This document shows positions 8,912 through 18,665 of a stretch of DNA of 64,000 bases, piece by piece. The stretch comes from an uncultured Chloroflexia bacterium. Its GTDB lineage: Bacteria; Chloroflexota; Limnocylindria; QHBO01. Position numbers and translations under genes: made by a program. The first letter of the stretch is position 1. Every line of letters begins with the position of its first letter. The stretch lies in NCBI GenBank assembly GCA_963825525.1, contig CAWGTN010000002.1:32001-96000 (forward strand), read 5' to 3'. The notes under the pieces are model-generated. The model had not been told where the DNA came from. It worked only from the letters and a program-made list of their open reading frames with translations, and did not search any database.

Positions 8912-9565
8912 ATGACTGCGCCCATCCTCCTCCGAGCTGCGGACCTCATCGCCGAGCGGCCCGAGGGCACCACGGACGACATCCACTTCACCGAGGCGCT
9001 GGCCGCGTCGGTCATCGGCCATGCCAGCCGGCCTGGGGACCTGGTGCTCGACCCGTTTGCCGGCTACGGGACGACGTTGGCGGTGGCGGAGCGGTTGGGA
9101 CGCCGGTCGATCGGCATCGAGCTGGTGGCGGAGCATCTCGAGATCGCTCGTCGCAGGGTCGGCGCAGCCACACTGATCCTTGGTGATGCCCGCGAGCTGT
9201 CCCGCCTTGTGGATGAGCCGGTGGACCTCGTGCTGACCTCGCCGCCGTACATGACGGGCACGGACCACCGGGAAAACCCCCTGACCGGCTACGCGAGCAC
9301 CGATGGCGACTATCGCGGCTACCTGCAGGAGCTCGGCTCGATCTTCGAACAGGTCGCGACGCTGCTGCGGCCGGGAGGCCAGCTCGTGGTCAACGTGGCG
9401 AACGTGGTCGCCACCGACGGAAACGTGACGCCGTTGGCGGGCGACCTCGCCGGCATCATCGACGAGCACATTCCGCTGTTGGGCGTGACCACGCTGCGGT
9501 GGGACGAACCGCCGGCGGGTCTGGATGGCGACTATCTGCTCTGGTTCGCTCGACCGGGCGCCTGA
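8912..9565 (+). CDS. Orphan SAM-dependent amino-methyltransferase (DNA N4/N6 or Trm11-like)
   Basis: Motif I VLDPFAGYGTT precedes motif IV LVLTSPPY. Confidence 0.8.
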   Translation: MTAPILLRAADLIAERPEGTTDDIHFTEALAASVIGHASRPGDLVLDPFAGYGTTLAVAERLGRRSIGIELVAEHLEIARRRVGAATLILGDARELSRLVDEPVDLVLTSPPYMTGTDHRENPLTGYASTDGDYRGYLQELGSIFEQVATLLRPGGQLVVNVANVVATDGNVTPLAGDLAGIIDEHIPLLGVTTLRWDEPPAGLDGDYLLWFARPGA

Positions 9566-9643
9566 AGCCGACGAGCGACTCGAGGGCTCAACGGAGCGCC
9601 ACCGGCCTCGATGCGCCGGTGGTGCTCCTTGATTCCGGGGACG

Positions 9644-9979
9644 CTACATGAGGCCGACGATGTGGCCCTCCGGATCAGCGAACAGGGCGACGGTGGTCTC
9701 CGGTGCCACCTCGGTCAGCGGCATGATGATCTTGCCGCCGCGGGCCTCGACCCGACGCAGCGCCTCTGCGGCGTCATCGGCGGCAACGTAGAAGGTCACG
9801 TGGCCGGGCTGGCCCTCGGGCGCGGCCCCGAAGCCACCCGTCAGGTCGCCCTGGCGGACCATCCCGTATCCACCCGGGTTGTTGGTGTCGAGATCCCAGT
9901 CGAAGACCTCGCGATAGAACTTCTGGAGTGCGTCGCCGTCCTTGCCGACGACCTCGACGTGGACGATCTTGGCTGCCAT
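9644..9979 (-). CDS. VOC/glyoxalase family protein
   Basis: IVHVEV...FYREVFDW...FADPEGH; GAGGAG RBS. Confidence 0.9.
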   Translation of the reverse strand: MAAKIVHVEVVGKDGDALQKFYREVFDWDLDTNNPGGYGMVRQGDLTGGFGAAPEGQPGHVTFYVAADDAAEALRRVEARGGKIIMPLTEVAPETTVALFADPEGHIVGLM

Positions 9980-10027
9980 CGGGTGAGCTCCTCTCGGTTG
10001 TGGTGATGTTGTTCGTCTTCACCCATG

Positions 10028-10055
10028 CGACGTTCACACCGGCCCGATTTCGACA
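10028..10055 (-). promoter_or_regulatory. Putative ECF-sigma promoter TGTCGA-N17-CGTCG
   Basis: Same architecture as 18026-18053 upstream of yciI. Confidence 0.45.
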
Positions 10056-10128
10056 CCCGAGGTCCACGTCTATACTTGCCGCCCGCGACAGCCATGCATC
10101 GTGCTGGCGCGCCCAGCCGAGGGAACCA

Positions 10129-10875
10129 TTGACCGCCGAATACCCCTACAACGGACGGCTGAGCCGATGGGAAGAGGTTGCACCGGGCCTCGCCATCGTC
10201 GGCGTGCAGTCGCTCGAGGAGCCCTTCCCGTTCCAGCCCGGCCAGTACGCCACGCTGGGGCTGATGGGACCGGAGAAGCTCATCCAGCGGCCGATGAGCA
10301 TCTCGTCCTCGGCCGATGACCTCACCGAGTACGAATTCTTCATCCGTCGCGTCGAGGTCGGGGGCCTGACGCCGATGCTCTGGGAGCGTTCCGTCGGCGA
10401 CCCGATCAACATCAAGGGGCCGAAGGGCAAGTTCCTGCTCCAGGACGACGGCCGAACATGCCTCTTCGTCGCATCGGGAACCGGCCTGGCGCCGTTCATG
10501 AGCATGATCGACACGTTGCGTGCGCGCGGTCAGAGCCGCGACATCGTCCTGCTGCACGGAGTCAGCTACGACTACGACCTCGCCTGGCGCGAGGAGCTCT
10601 CCGAGCTGGCGAACGGCGATGGCTTCCCGCTCCGCTACGTCGGCACGGTCTCGAGGCCCAAGGGATCACCGGACTGGAAGGGGGCAACGGGCCGGGTGGA
10701 GGCCATCGTGTCCGAGCAGCTGGACGTCCAGGACCTGACGGCCGACAACACGACGATCTACCTGTGCGGCAACCCGGACATGGTGAGCGCCGTCGAGGAG
10801 ATCGCCATCGCGCGCGGCTTCGCACCGGAGCAGGTGCGCAAGGAGCTCTACTGGCCCAAGGGCCGGCAGCACTGA
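10129..10875 (+). CDS. fpr: Ferredoxin/flavodoxin-NADP reductase-like protein
   Basis: TTG start after GAGGGA; RPMSISS, ASGTGLAPF, CGNPDMV, C-terminal KELYW. Confidence 0.8.
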   Translation: MTAEYPYNGRLSRWEEVAPGLAIVGVQSLEEPFPFQPGQYATLGLMGPEKLIQRPMSISSSADDLTEYEFFIRRVEVGGLTPMLWERSVGDPINIKGPKGKFLLQDDGRTCLFVASGTGLAPFMSMIDTLRARGQSRDIVLLHGVSYDYDLAWREELSELANGDGFPLRYVGTVSRPKGSPDWKGATGRVEAIVSEQLDVQDLTADNTTIYLCGNPDMVSAVEEIAIARGFAPEQVRKELYWPKGRQH

Positions 10876-10883
10876 ACGTCGCC

Positions 10884-12450
10884 ATGACCGAACGCTTCTA
10901 CCTCACCACCGCGATCTTCTATCCGAGCGAGCGCCCGGCGCTGCACTCGATGTTCGAGGCGATCGGCGCGGATGCCATCGCCCGCTACTCGCGCCTGATG
11001 GGGCGTGACACGCGATTTCTGACCGGCATGGATGAGCACTCGGCCAACGTCGAGCGCGACGCCCGCGAGCGGGGGATCGACCCGCACGATCTCATCGACC
11101 CGTGGGCTGCCACCTGGCAGGAGACATTCGCGCGGTTCGGGATCAGCGCCGACCGGTTCATCCGGACGACGGATGCCGATCACGCGGTGGCATCGGTCGA
11201 GATGGTCCGGCGCGCACAGGCCGCCGGCGACGTCTACGAGGGCACGTATTCGGGCTGGTACTGCACCGGCTGCAACGAGTTCAAGACCGACCAGCAGCTG
11301 GTCAACGGCCGCTGCCCCGACCACCCGACGCTCGACCCGCAATGGTTGGAGGAGAACAACTACTTCTTCCGGCTCAGCGCGTACCAGCAACGGCTGGAGC
11401 AGCTCTATGCCGACAATCCGTCCTTCTGCGAGCCGGAGCACTTCCGCAACGAGGTGCTCGGCTGGCTGCGCGAAGGTCTGCGCGACTTCAGCATCAGCCG
11501 ATCCGGCACCGAGTGGGGCATCCCGTTCCCCGGCGACGAGAAGCACCGGATCTACGTGTGGTTCGACGCCCTGACGAACTACCTGACCGGCGCCGGATTC
11601 ATGAGCAACGACGGGGAGTTCGCGAAGTGGTGGCCGGCGGACCTCCACGTCATCGGCAAGAACATCACGCGCTTCCACTGCCTGTACTGGCCGGCCATGC
11701 TCATGAGCGCCGGCCTGCCCCTGCCGACCCAGGTCTTCGCGCACGGGTTCATGCTCGACCGCGGCGGGCAGCGCATGAGCAAGACGACCGGCAACACCCA
11801 GGATCCCGACGCCGTCGCCGATACGTTCGGCGTGGACGGCGTGCGCTACGTGGTCCTTCGCGAGGTGCCCTTCGATCGGGACGCGGACGTGACCTACGAC
11901 GGCTTCGTGCGGCGCTACAACGCCGACCTGGCGAACGACCTCGGAAACCTGGTGAATCGGACGGTCAGCATGAGCACGCGCTACCTCGAGGGCCGGCTTC
12001 CGCCCGTGGCCGATGCGGATCAGCCGGCCGATCTCGAGATCCGTGATGCGGTCGCCCGCACCGTTGCTGCCTACCACGCCGCCATGGACCGACGCCACCT
12101 CGACGAGGCGCTGGCAGCCCTCATGGAGCTTGCCGGCGCAGTCAATGGGTACGCGGAGGGACAGGCGCCCTGGTCGCTCAACAAAGCGGGGGAGAGCGCC
12201 CGCGTCGGCCAGGTGCTGGCCGTGATGGCCGAGGCGTGTCGGGCTCTCGGCCACCTGCTGGCGCCCTTCGCCCCGACCGGCGCCCGGGCAGATCCTCGAA
12301 CAGGTCGGGGCGGACATCCCGTACGACGACCGCGGAGCCGGCGGCCCGGGCCTCCCTGCGCTGCTCGAGTGGGGCGCATCGGCGGGCGGCCTCACCACGG
12401 GTACGGCCAGTCCGATCTTCCCGCGCATCGACACGGAGGCGGCGGGCTGA
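10884..12450 (+). CDS. metG: Methionyl-tRNA synthetase (short form) with an atypical HIGH motif; one extra base near 12288
   Basis: FYLTTAI, CxxC..CxxH knuckle, YVWFDAL, RMSKT, NDLGNLVNR; removing one G restores ...ARQILEQ...PIFPRIDTEAAG*. Confidence 0.85.
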
Positions 12451-13250
12451 GCCGAAGACGACGGCCTGAACGGCTTCCCGGCCTGGTCGACTCGCACTGT
12501 CATCTCCAGCATGCGCAGTTCGACTCCGACCGCGGTGCCGTGCTCGAACGGGCGGCCGATGCGGGCATCGAGCGCATCCTGGTCCCCGGGTGGGACATCG
12601 CATCATCCGAGCGAGCACTGGAGCTGGCGCGGCATCACGGCCCGCTGGTCCAGGCCGCGGTGGGTGTCCATCCCCACGACGCCGGGCAGATGGACGAAGC
12701 GCAATGGCGCCGGTTGGAGCAACTGGTCGCCGACCCGGGGTGCTCCGCGGTCGGCGAGATCGGCCTCGATTTTCATCGCAACCTGTCCTCGCCCGAGTCC
12801 CAGGAGGAGGCGTTCGTTCGCCAGCTGGACCTCGCCGCTGCGGCGGGGCGTCCGGTGCTCGTCCATGACCGAGAAGCTCACGCGGAAGTCACACGCGCGC
12901 TGCTGGCATGGCACGGCCGGACGCCGGGATCCGCGCGTGGGGCGCTTCATGCGTTCTCAGGCGATGCGAGCATGGCCCTCGAGCTGGTCGCGGCCGGCTA
13001 CCTGATCAGCTTCGCGTTGCCGGTCAGCTTCCGCCGGGCGGCGGGCCCGCGCGCCGCCGCGGCCGAGATCCCCTCAGGCTCCTTCCTGGTCGAGACCGAC
13101 GGCCCGTACCTCGGTCCAGACCGGGAGGCGCGCAACGAGCCGACGACGGCACTGCGCGTGGCCGCCGAGCTGGCGGAGCTGCGGGGCGTGACGCCGGATG
13201 TCATCACGCGCGAGGTTCGGGAGGCATACGACCGCTTGATCGTCCGATGA
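12447..13250 (+). CDS. tatD: TatD family deoxyribonuclease
   Basis: VDSHCH, GVHPH, VGEIGLD, VHDRE, ETDGPY; conserved position after metG; start uncertain (possibly CTG). Confidence 0.85.
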   Translation: MSRRRRPERLPGLVDSHCHLQHAQFDSDRGAVLERAADAGIERILVPGWDIASSERALELARHHGPLVQAAVGVHPHDAGQMDEAQWRRLEQLVADPGCSAVGEIGLDFHRNLSSPESQEEAFVRQLDLAAAAGRPVLVHDREAHAEVTRALLAWHGRTPGSARGALHAFSGDASMALELVAAGYLISFALPVSFRRAAGPRAAAAEIPSGSFLVETDGPYLGPDREARNEPTTALRVAAELAELRGVTPDVITREVREAYDRLIVR

Positions 13251-13361
13251 TCCATCGGTCGACCGCCCGACGGACGGGGGTTTGGCACGCGGGTTGCTCA
13301 GAGGAAGGTCGGCGGTGAAGGCCGCCTGCACGAATGGCATCGAAGGAGGAGGACCCACCCG

Positions 13362-13589
13362 ATGGGCCAGGTCAACGTCAACACCCCAGGCGGAGGCACC
13401 GCGGGCGAGCCCGCCGGCAGCAGCGGCGCCGGCTTCATCCTGGGAATCATCATCGCGATCATCGTGATCGCCGTGCTCGTCTATGTGCTGGTGCTGTCAC
13501 CCGGGAACAACGGCGGTGGTGACAACGGCGGCGACAACGGTGGCGGAGACCCGGTGCCGAGTGCACTGGTCGTCAGGCACCTCGCCTGA
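13362..13589 (+). CDS. Small single-TM hypothetical protein
   Basis: Strong AAGGAGGAGG RBS, one TM segment, GGDN repeats. Confidence 0.7.
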   Translation: MGQVNVNTPGGGTAGEPAGSSGAGFILGIIIAIIVIAVLVYVLVLSPGNNGGGDNGGDNGGGDPVPSALVVRHLA

Positions 13590-13605
13590 TCGCCTCCTCC
13601 GACGG

Positions 13606-13635
13606 AACGCCCCGACATCGCGTCGGGGCGTTTCT
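13606..13635 (+). terminator. Intrinsic terminator
   Basis: AACGCCCCGAC-N5-GTCGGGGCGTT followed by TCT. Confidence 0.7.
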
Positions 13636-13650
13636 CATGCCCGGCCATTG

Positions 13651-13680
13651 TTGACATCCGCGTTGATGCGGTGCTACCTT
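13651..13680 (+). promoter_or_regulatory. Housekeeping-sigma promoter of groESL
   Basis: TTGACA-N18-TACCTT with an extended TGn element. Confidence 0.75.
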
Positions 13681-13685
13681 GCCAC

Positions 13686-13712
13686 TTAGCACTCTCGTAG
13701 GTTGAGTGCCAG
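13686..13712 (+). promoter_or_regulatory. CIRCE element (HrcA operator)
   Basis: TTAGCACTC-N9-GAGTGCCAG versus consensus TTAGCACTC-N9-GAGTGCTAA, directly upstream of groES. Confidence 0.9.
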
Positions 13713-13809
13713 TCCTCCGGTCGCATCGGCCGCGCTGGCACTCCCGCGAAGGGCATCACAGACGCACAAATGCGCATCGGTTCCGCACGCTAGGAGGCAC
13801 TACGCACAC

Positions 13810-15820
<2,011 letters not shown>

Positions 15821-15841
15821 TCCAACCCCAGCAACCTCGAG

Positions 15842-15874
15842 ACGAGCCCCGGCTTCGGCCGGGGCTCGTTGCTT
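15842..15874 (+). terminator. Intrinsic terminator of groESL
   Basis: Perfect stem ACGAGCCCCGGC-TTCG-GCCGGGGCTCGT. Confidence 0.8.
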
Positions 15875-15979
15875 GCCCGGTCAACCGAGGAAGGCATCGC
15901 GGCCGATCGGCCGACGCGCCGCATGTTGATGCGCCGTACACTGCCCGCGATCAGGCATCCAGGGGAGCAGGAGGATTCG

Positions 15980-18019
15980 ATGGCAGATCGGATGCGCGTG
16001 CGGGGACTGCTGCTGGCGCTGAGCCTCGCCGTTGCGGCGGGAATGGCACCGGGCGAGGCGCAGGCCGCGGCGCCGACGACGAAGACGGCCCAGATTGCGG
16101 CGGGCCTCGTCATTCCCTGGGATGTGGCCTTCGCCCCTGACGGGCAGATGTTCGTGACCGAGCGCCCGGGCAGGATCCGTGTGTACTCCAGCGGCGCCAT
16201 CGGCGCCAAGCTCGTGAGGACCATCTCGGTCCCCTCGGTCCGCGCCGAGGGCGAGTCGGGCCTGATGGGTATCGCGGTCGACATCGACTACGCGTCGAAT
16301 CGGTACGTCTACGTCTGTGCGTCGCGCCAGACGTCGGGCGGGTGGTTGAACCAGGTGCTCCGCTATCGCGTCGCCTCCAACGGCAGCTGGGGTGGCCTCA
16401 CCGTGATCCTGAGCGGCATGGTGGCGAGCTCGATCCACAACGGGTGTGCGCTGGAGATGGATCGCTTCGCGAAGCTGTGGGTGAGCATGGGAGATGCCGG
16501 GGTTCCGTCCCGCGCCCAGACTCGCAACAGCCTCAACGGAAAGGTTTTGCGGGTCAACCGCAACGGAAGCGTGCCCTCCGACAATCCGGTCATCTCCGGC
16601 ACGAGGAACGCCGTCTATTCGATGGGCCACCGCAACGTCCAGGGCATCGCGATCCGACCGGGCACGGACCAGGTGTACGTGTCCGACCATGGACCGGACG
16701 TCAACGACGAGATCAATCTGCTCGTGCCGGGTGGGAACTACGGATGGCCGTGTTACACGGGAGCGTCGACGCCGAACTTCACGACCGGCTGTGGGGCGGC
16801 CTCGAGCTATCGTGCACCGCTGTGGGAATCGGGTGGGTCGACCATCGCCACGTCGGGCGCGACGTTCGTGGGTGGCACCCAGTGGGGTGACCACCGGGGA
16901 CACCTGTTCGTCAGCACCCTGAAGGAGCGGGATGTCCGTCGCTTCTCGATCAACGACGCCGGCACCGCGCTCGGAGGCCCAGCGCTCCACTTCGACAACG
17001 CGTGGGGTCGACTGCGTGCCATGGTGGCGGGTCCCGGCGATCAGCTGTACGTCACGACATCAAGCGGCAGCAATGACCGGGTGATTCGCATCAGCCCGGC
17101 CGAACCCGCCGTGTCGCGGGTGGCAGGCTCGGATCGCTTCGCCACGGCGGCGGCCCTCAGCAAGAACGCCTTCCCGGGGGGTTCCAGCCTCGTCTACGTC
17201 GCCACCGGAAACGACTTCCCCGATGCCCTGGCGGGCGGGGCGGCGGCCGGGTACCTGGGGGTCCCGGTCCTGCTGGTCCAGAAGACCAGCATTCCGGCTG
17301 CCACGAGAACGGAGCTCGATCGGCTCAATCCATCAAGGATCGTCGTCCTCGGGGGTGTCGGCGTGATCGCCGAGAATGTGCGGAGCGCGCTCGTCCCGTA
17401 CGCGTCGAGCGGCGACGTCTCGCGCCTGGCGGGCGCAGACAGGTATGCGACCGCGGCGGCCATCAGCGCCGCGAACTACGCACCCGGCGTGAAGGCTGCC
17501 TTCATCGCCACCGGCAGCGGGTTCGCCGATGCGCTGGCGGGCGCGCCGGCCGCCGCCCTCAACGACTCGCCGATGCTGCTCGTCTCCCAGGCCGCCATTC
17601 CCACCTCGACCCGGGACGAGCTCATCCGCCTCAAGCCGCAGAGGATCTACGTGCTCGGCGGTGGGGCTTCGATCAGCTCGGCCGTGGCATCGGCGCTGAA
17701 TGGCTACACGGCCGGATCGGTGACTCGGCTCTCGGGAAATGATCGCTACGGCACCGGGGCGGCCATCGTTCGGCAGTTCTGGACCAAGACTCGCGGGTAC
17801 GTGGCCACGGGGGTGTCATTCGTCGACGCGCTGGCAGGCGGTGCCATCGCGGGCAAGGAGAGCGTCCCGGTCCTGCTGGTCGCCGGCACGTTCGTGCCGC
17901 TGGAGACGGGCCAGGAAGTCCTGCGCATCGGCGCGTTCCGTCTGACGGTCATCGGCGGCACGGCATCGGTATCGAGCGGCGCGGCGAATCGGCTCAAGAT
18001 CCTGATGGGCGCGCCGTAG
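15980..18019 (+). CDS. Secreted PQQ-dependent sugar dehydrogenase (GSDH beta-propeller) with three cell-wall-binding-2 repeats
   Basis: Signal peptide; PWDVAFAPDG, GHRNVQG, GGNYGWP; three (R)xAGxDRyaT / FPDALAG / ILL-like CWB2 repeats. Confidence 0.88.
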   Translation: MADRMRVRGLLLALSLAVAAGMAPGEAQAAAPTTKTAQIAAGLVIPWDVAFAPDGQMFVTERPGRIRVYSSGAIGAKLVRTISVPSVRAEGESGLMGIAVDIDYASNRYVYVCASRQTSGGWLNQVLRYRVASNGSWGGLTVILSGMVASSIHNGCALEMDRFAKLWVSMGDAGVPSRAQTRNSLNGKVLRVNRNGSVPSDNPVISGTRNAVYSMGHRNVQGIAIRPGTDQVYVSDHGPDVNDEINLLVPGGNYGWPCYTGASTPNFTTGCGAASSYRAPLWESGGSTIATSGATFVGGTQWGDHRGHLFVSTLKERDVRRFSINDAGTALGGPALHFDNAWGRLRAMVAGPGDQLYVTTSSGSNDRVIRISPAEPAVSRVAGSDRFATAAALSKNAFPGGSSLVYVATGNDFPDALAGGAAAGYLGVPVLLVQKTSIPAATRTELDRLNPSRIVVLGGVGVIAENVRSALVPYASSGDVSRLAGADRYATAAAISAANYAPGVKAAFIATGSGFADALAGAPAAALNDSPMLLVSQAAIPTSTRDELIRLKPQRIYVLGGGASISSAVASALNGYTAGSVTRLSGNDRYGTGAAIVRQFWTKTRGYVATGVSFVDALAGGAIAGKESVPVLLVAGTFVPLETGQEVLRIGAFRLTVIGGTASVSSGAANRLKILMGAP

Positions 18020-18025
18020 CGGTTT

Positions 18026-18053
18026 TGTCCATTCGGGCGAAGCTTCGACGTCG
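18026..18053 (+). promoter_or_regulatory. Putative ECF-sigma promoter TGTCCA-N17-CGTCG
   Basis: Matches 10028-10055, including CGGGC in the spacer. Confidence 0.45.
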
Positions 18054-18107
18054 ATTCCGTGCACGGCCGATCCGAGCCGTGTCGGGAGCAGATGGAGGAA
18101 GTGAGCC

Positions 18108-18476
18108 ATGCGGTACGTGATCTTTACCTACGTCCACGAGGACGATGCCGCGACATGGGAAGCGCAGTCCCCCGAGGAGCAAGCGACCGACGTGGAGCGT
18201 CATCGCCGCTGGTTCGGCCAGTGGCACGAGCAGGTCAAGGGCGGTGAAGAGCTCGACGCACCGCGGCTGGTCAAGACGTTGCGGCCGGGCCGCCAGGGCG
18301 AGGGGATCACGGTCACCGACGGCCCGTTCATCGAGGCCAAGGAGTTTCTGGGGGGATTCATCGTGGTCGAGGCGGATTCGATGGAGGATGCCGTCGAGAT
18401 GGCCCGGGGATGGCCGTCCCTCGCGAGCCAGCCGAACGCGGTCGTGCAGGTTCAGCCGGTGTACGTTCGAGACTGA
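18108..18476 (+). CDS. YciI (DGPF domain) family protein
   Basis: VTDGPFIEAKEFLGGF. Confidence 0.9.
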   Translation: MRYVIFTYVHEDDAATWEAQSPEEQATDVERHRRWFGQWHEQVKGGEELDAPRLVKTLRPGRQGEGITVTDGPFIEAKEFLGGFIVVEADSMEDAVEMARGWPSLASQPNAVVQVQPVYVRD

Positions 18477-18507
18477 GCGCGGCACGCGAAATGCATTGGG
18501 GGTACGC

Positions 18508-18609
18508 ATGGAAGTCATCGCCGTCCTGATCGTGTTCGCGGTCGGCATCAGCCTCGAGCGGGCCCGCAACGCCCCGGCACCGGTTCGCGTTCGAAGGCGC
18601 GATCGCTAG
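18508..18609 (+). CDS. 33-aa putative membrane peptide
   Basis: MEVIAVLIVFAVGISLERARNAPAPVRVRRRDR; GGGGG SD-like sequence upstream; fills the intergenic gap. Confidence 0.45.
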   Translation: MEVIAVLIVFAVGISLERARNAPAPVRVRRRDR

Positions 18610-18665
18610 CGACACCCGCCGGGGCATCCCAGCGCAGCCGCTGAGCCACCCCTAGAATCGGGCTG

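Noticed and set aside
8198-9469. 423-aa minus-strand ORF
   Set aside because: Only the 3' part (from 8803) is the DHFR-like gene; the rest is antisense to the methyltransferase.
12280-12295. Programmed ribosomal frameshift in metG
   Set aside because: There is no slippery heptamer, and similar indels elsewhere point to sequencing error.
10458-13250. Apparent 930-aa MetG-TatD fusion in the ORF track
   Set aside because: One extra G near 12288 shifts metG into the tatD frame. The normal MetRS end (PIFPRID...*) is present in the other frame with a stop at 12450.
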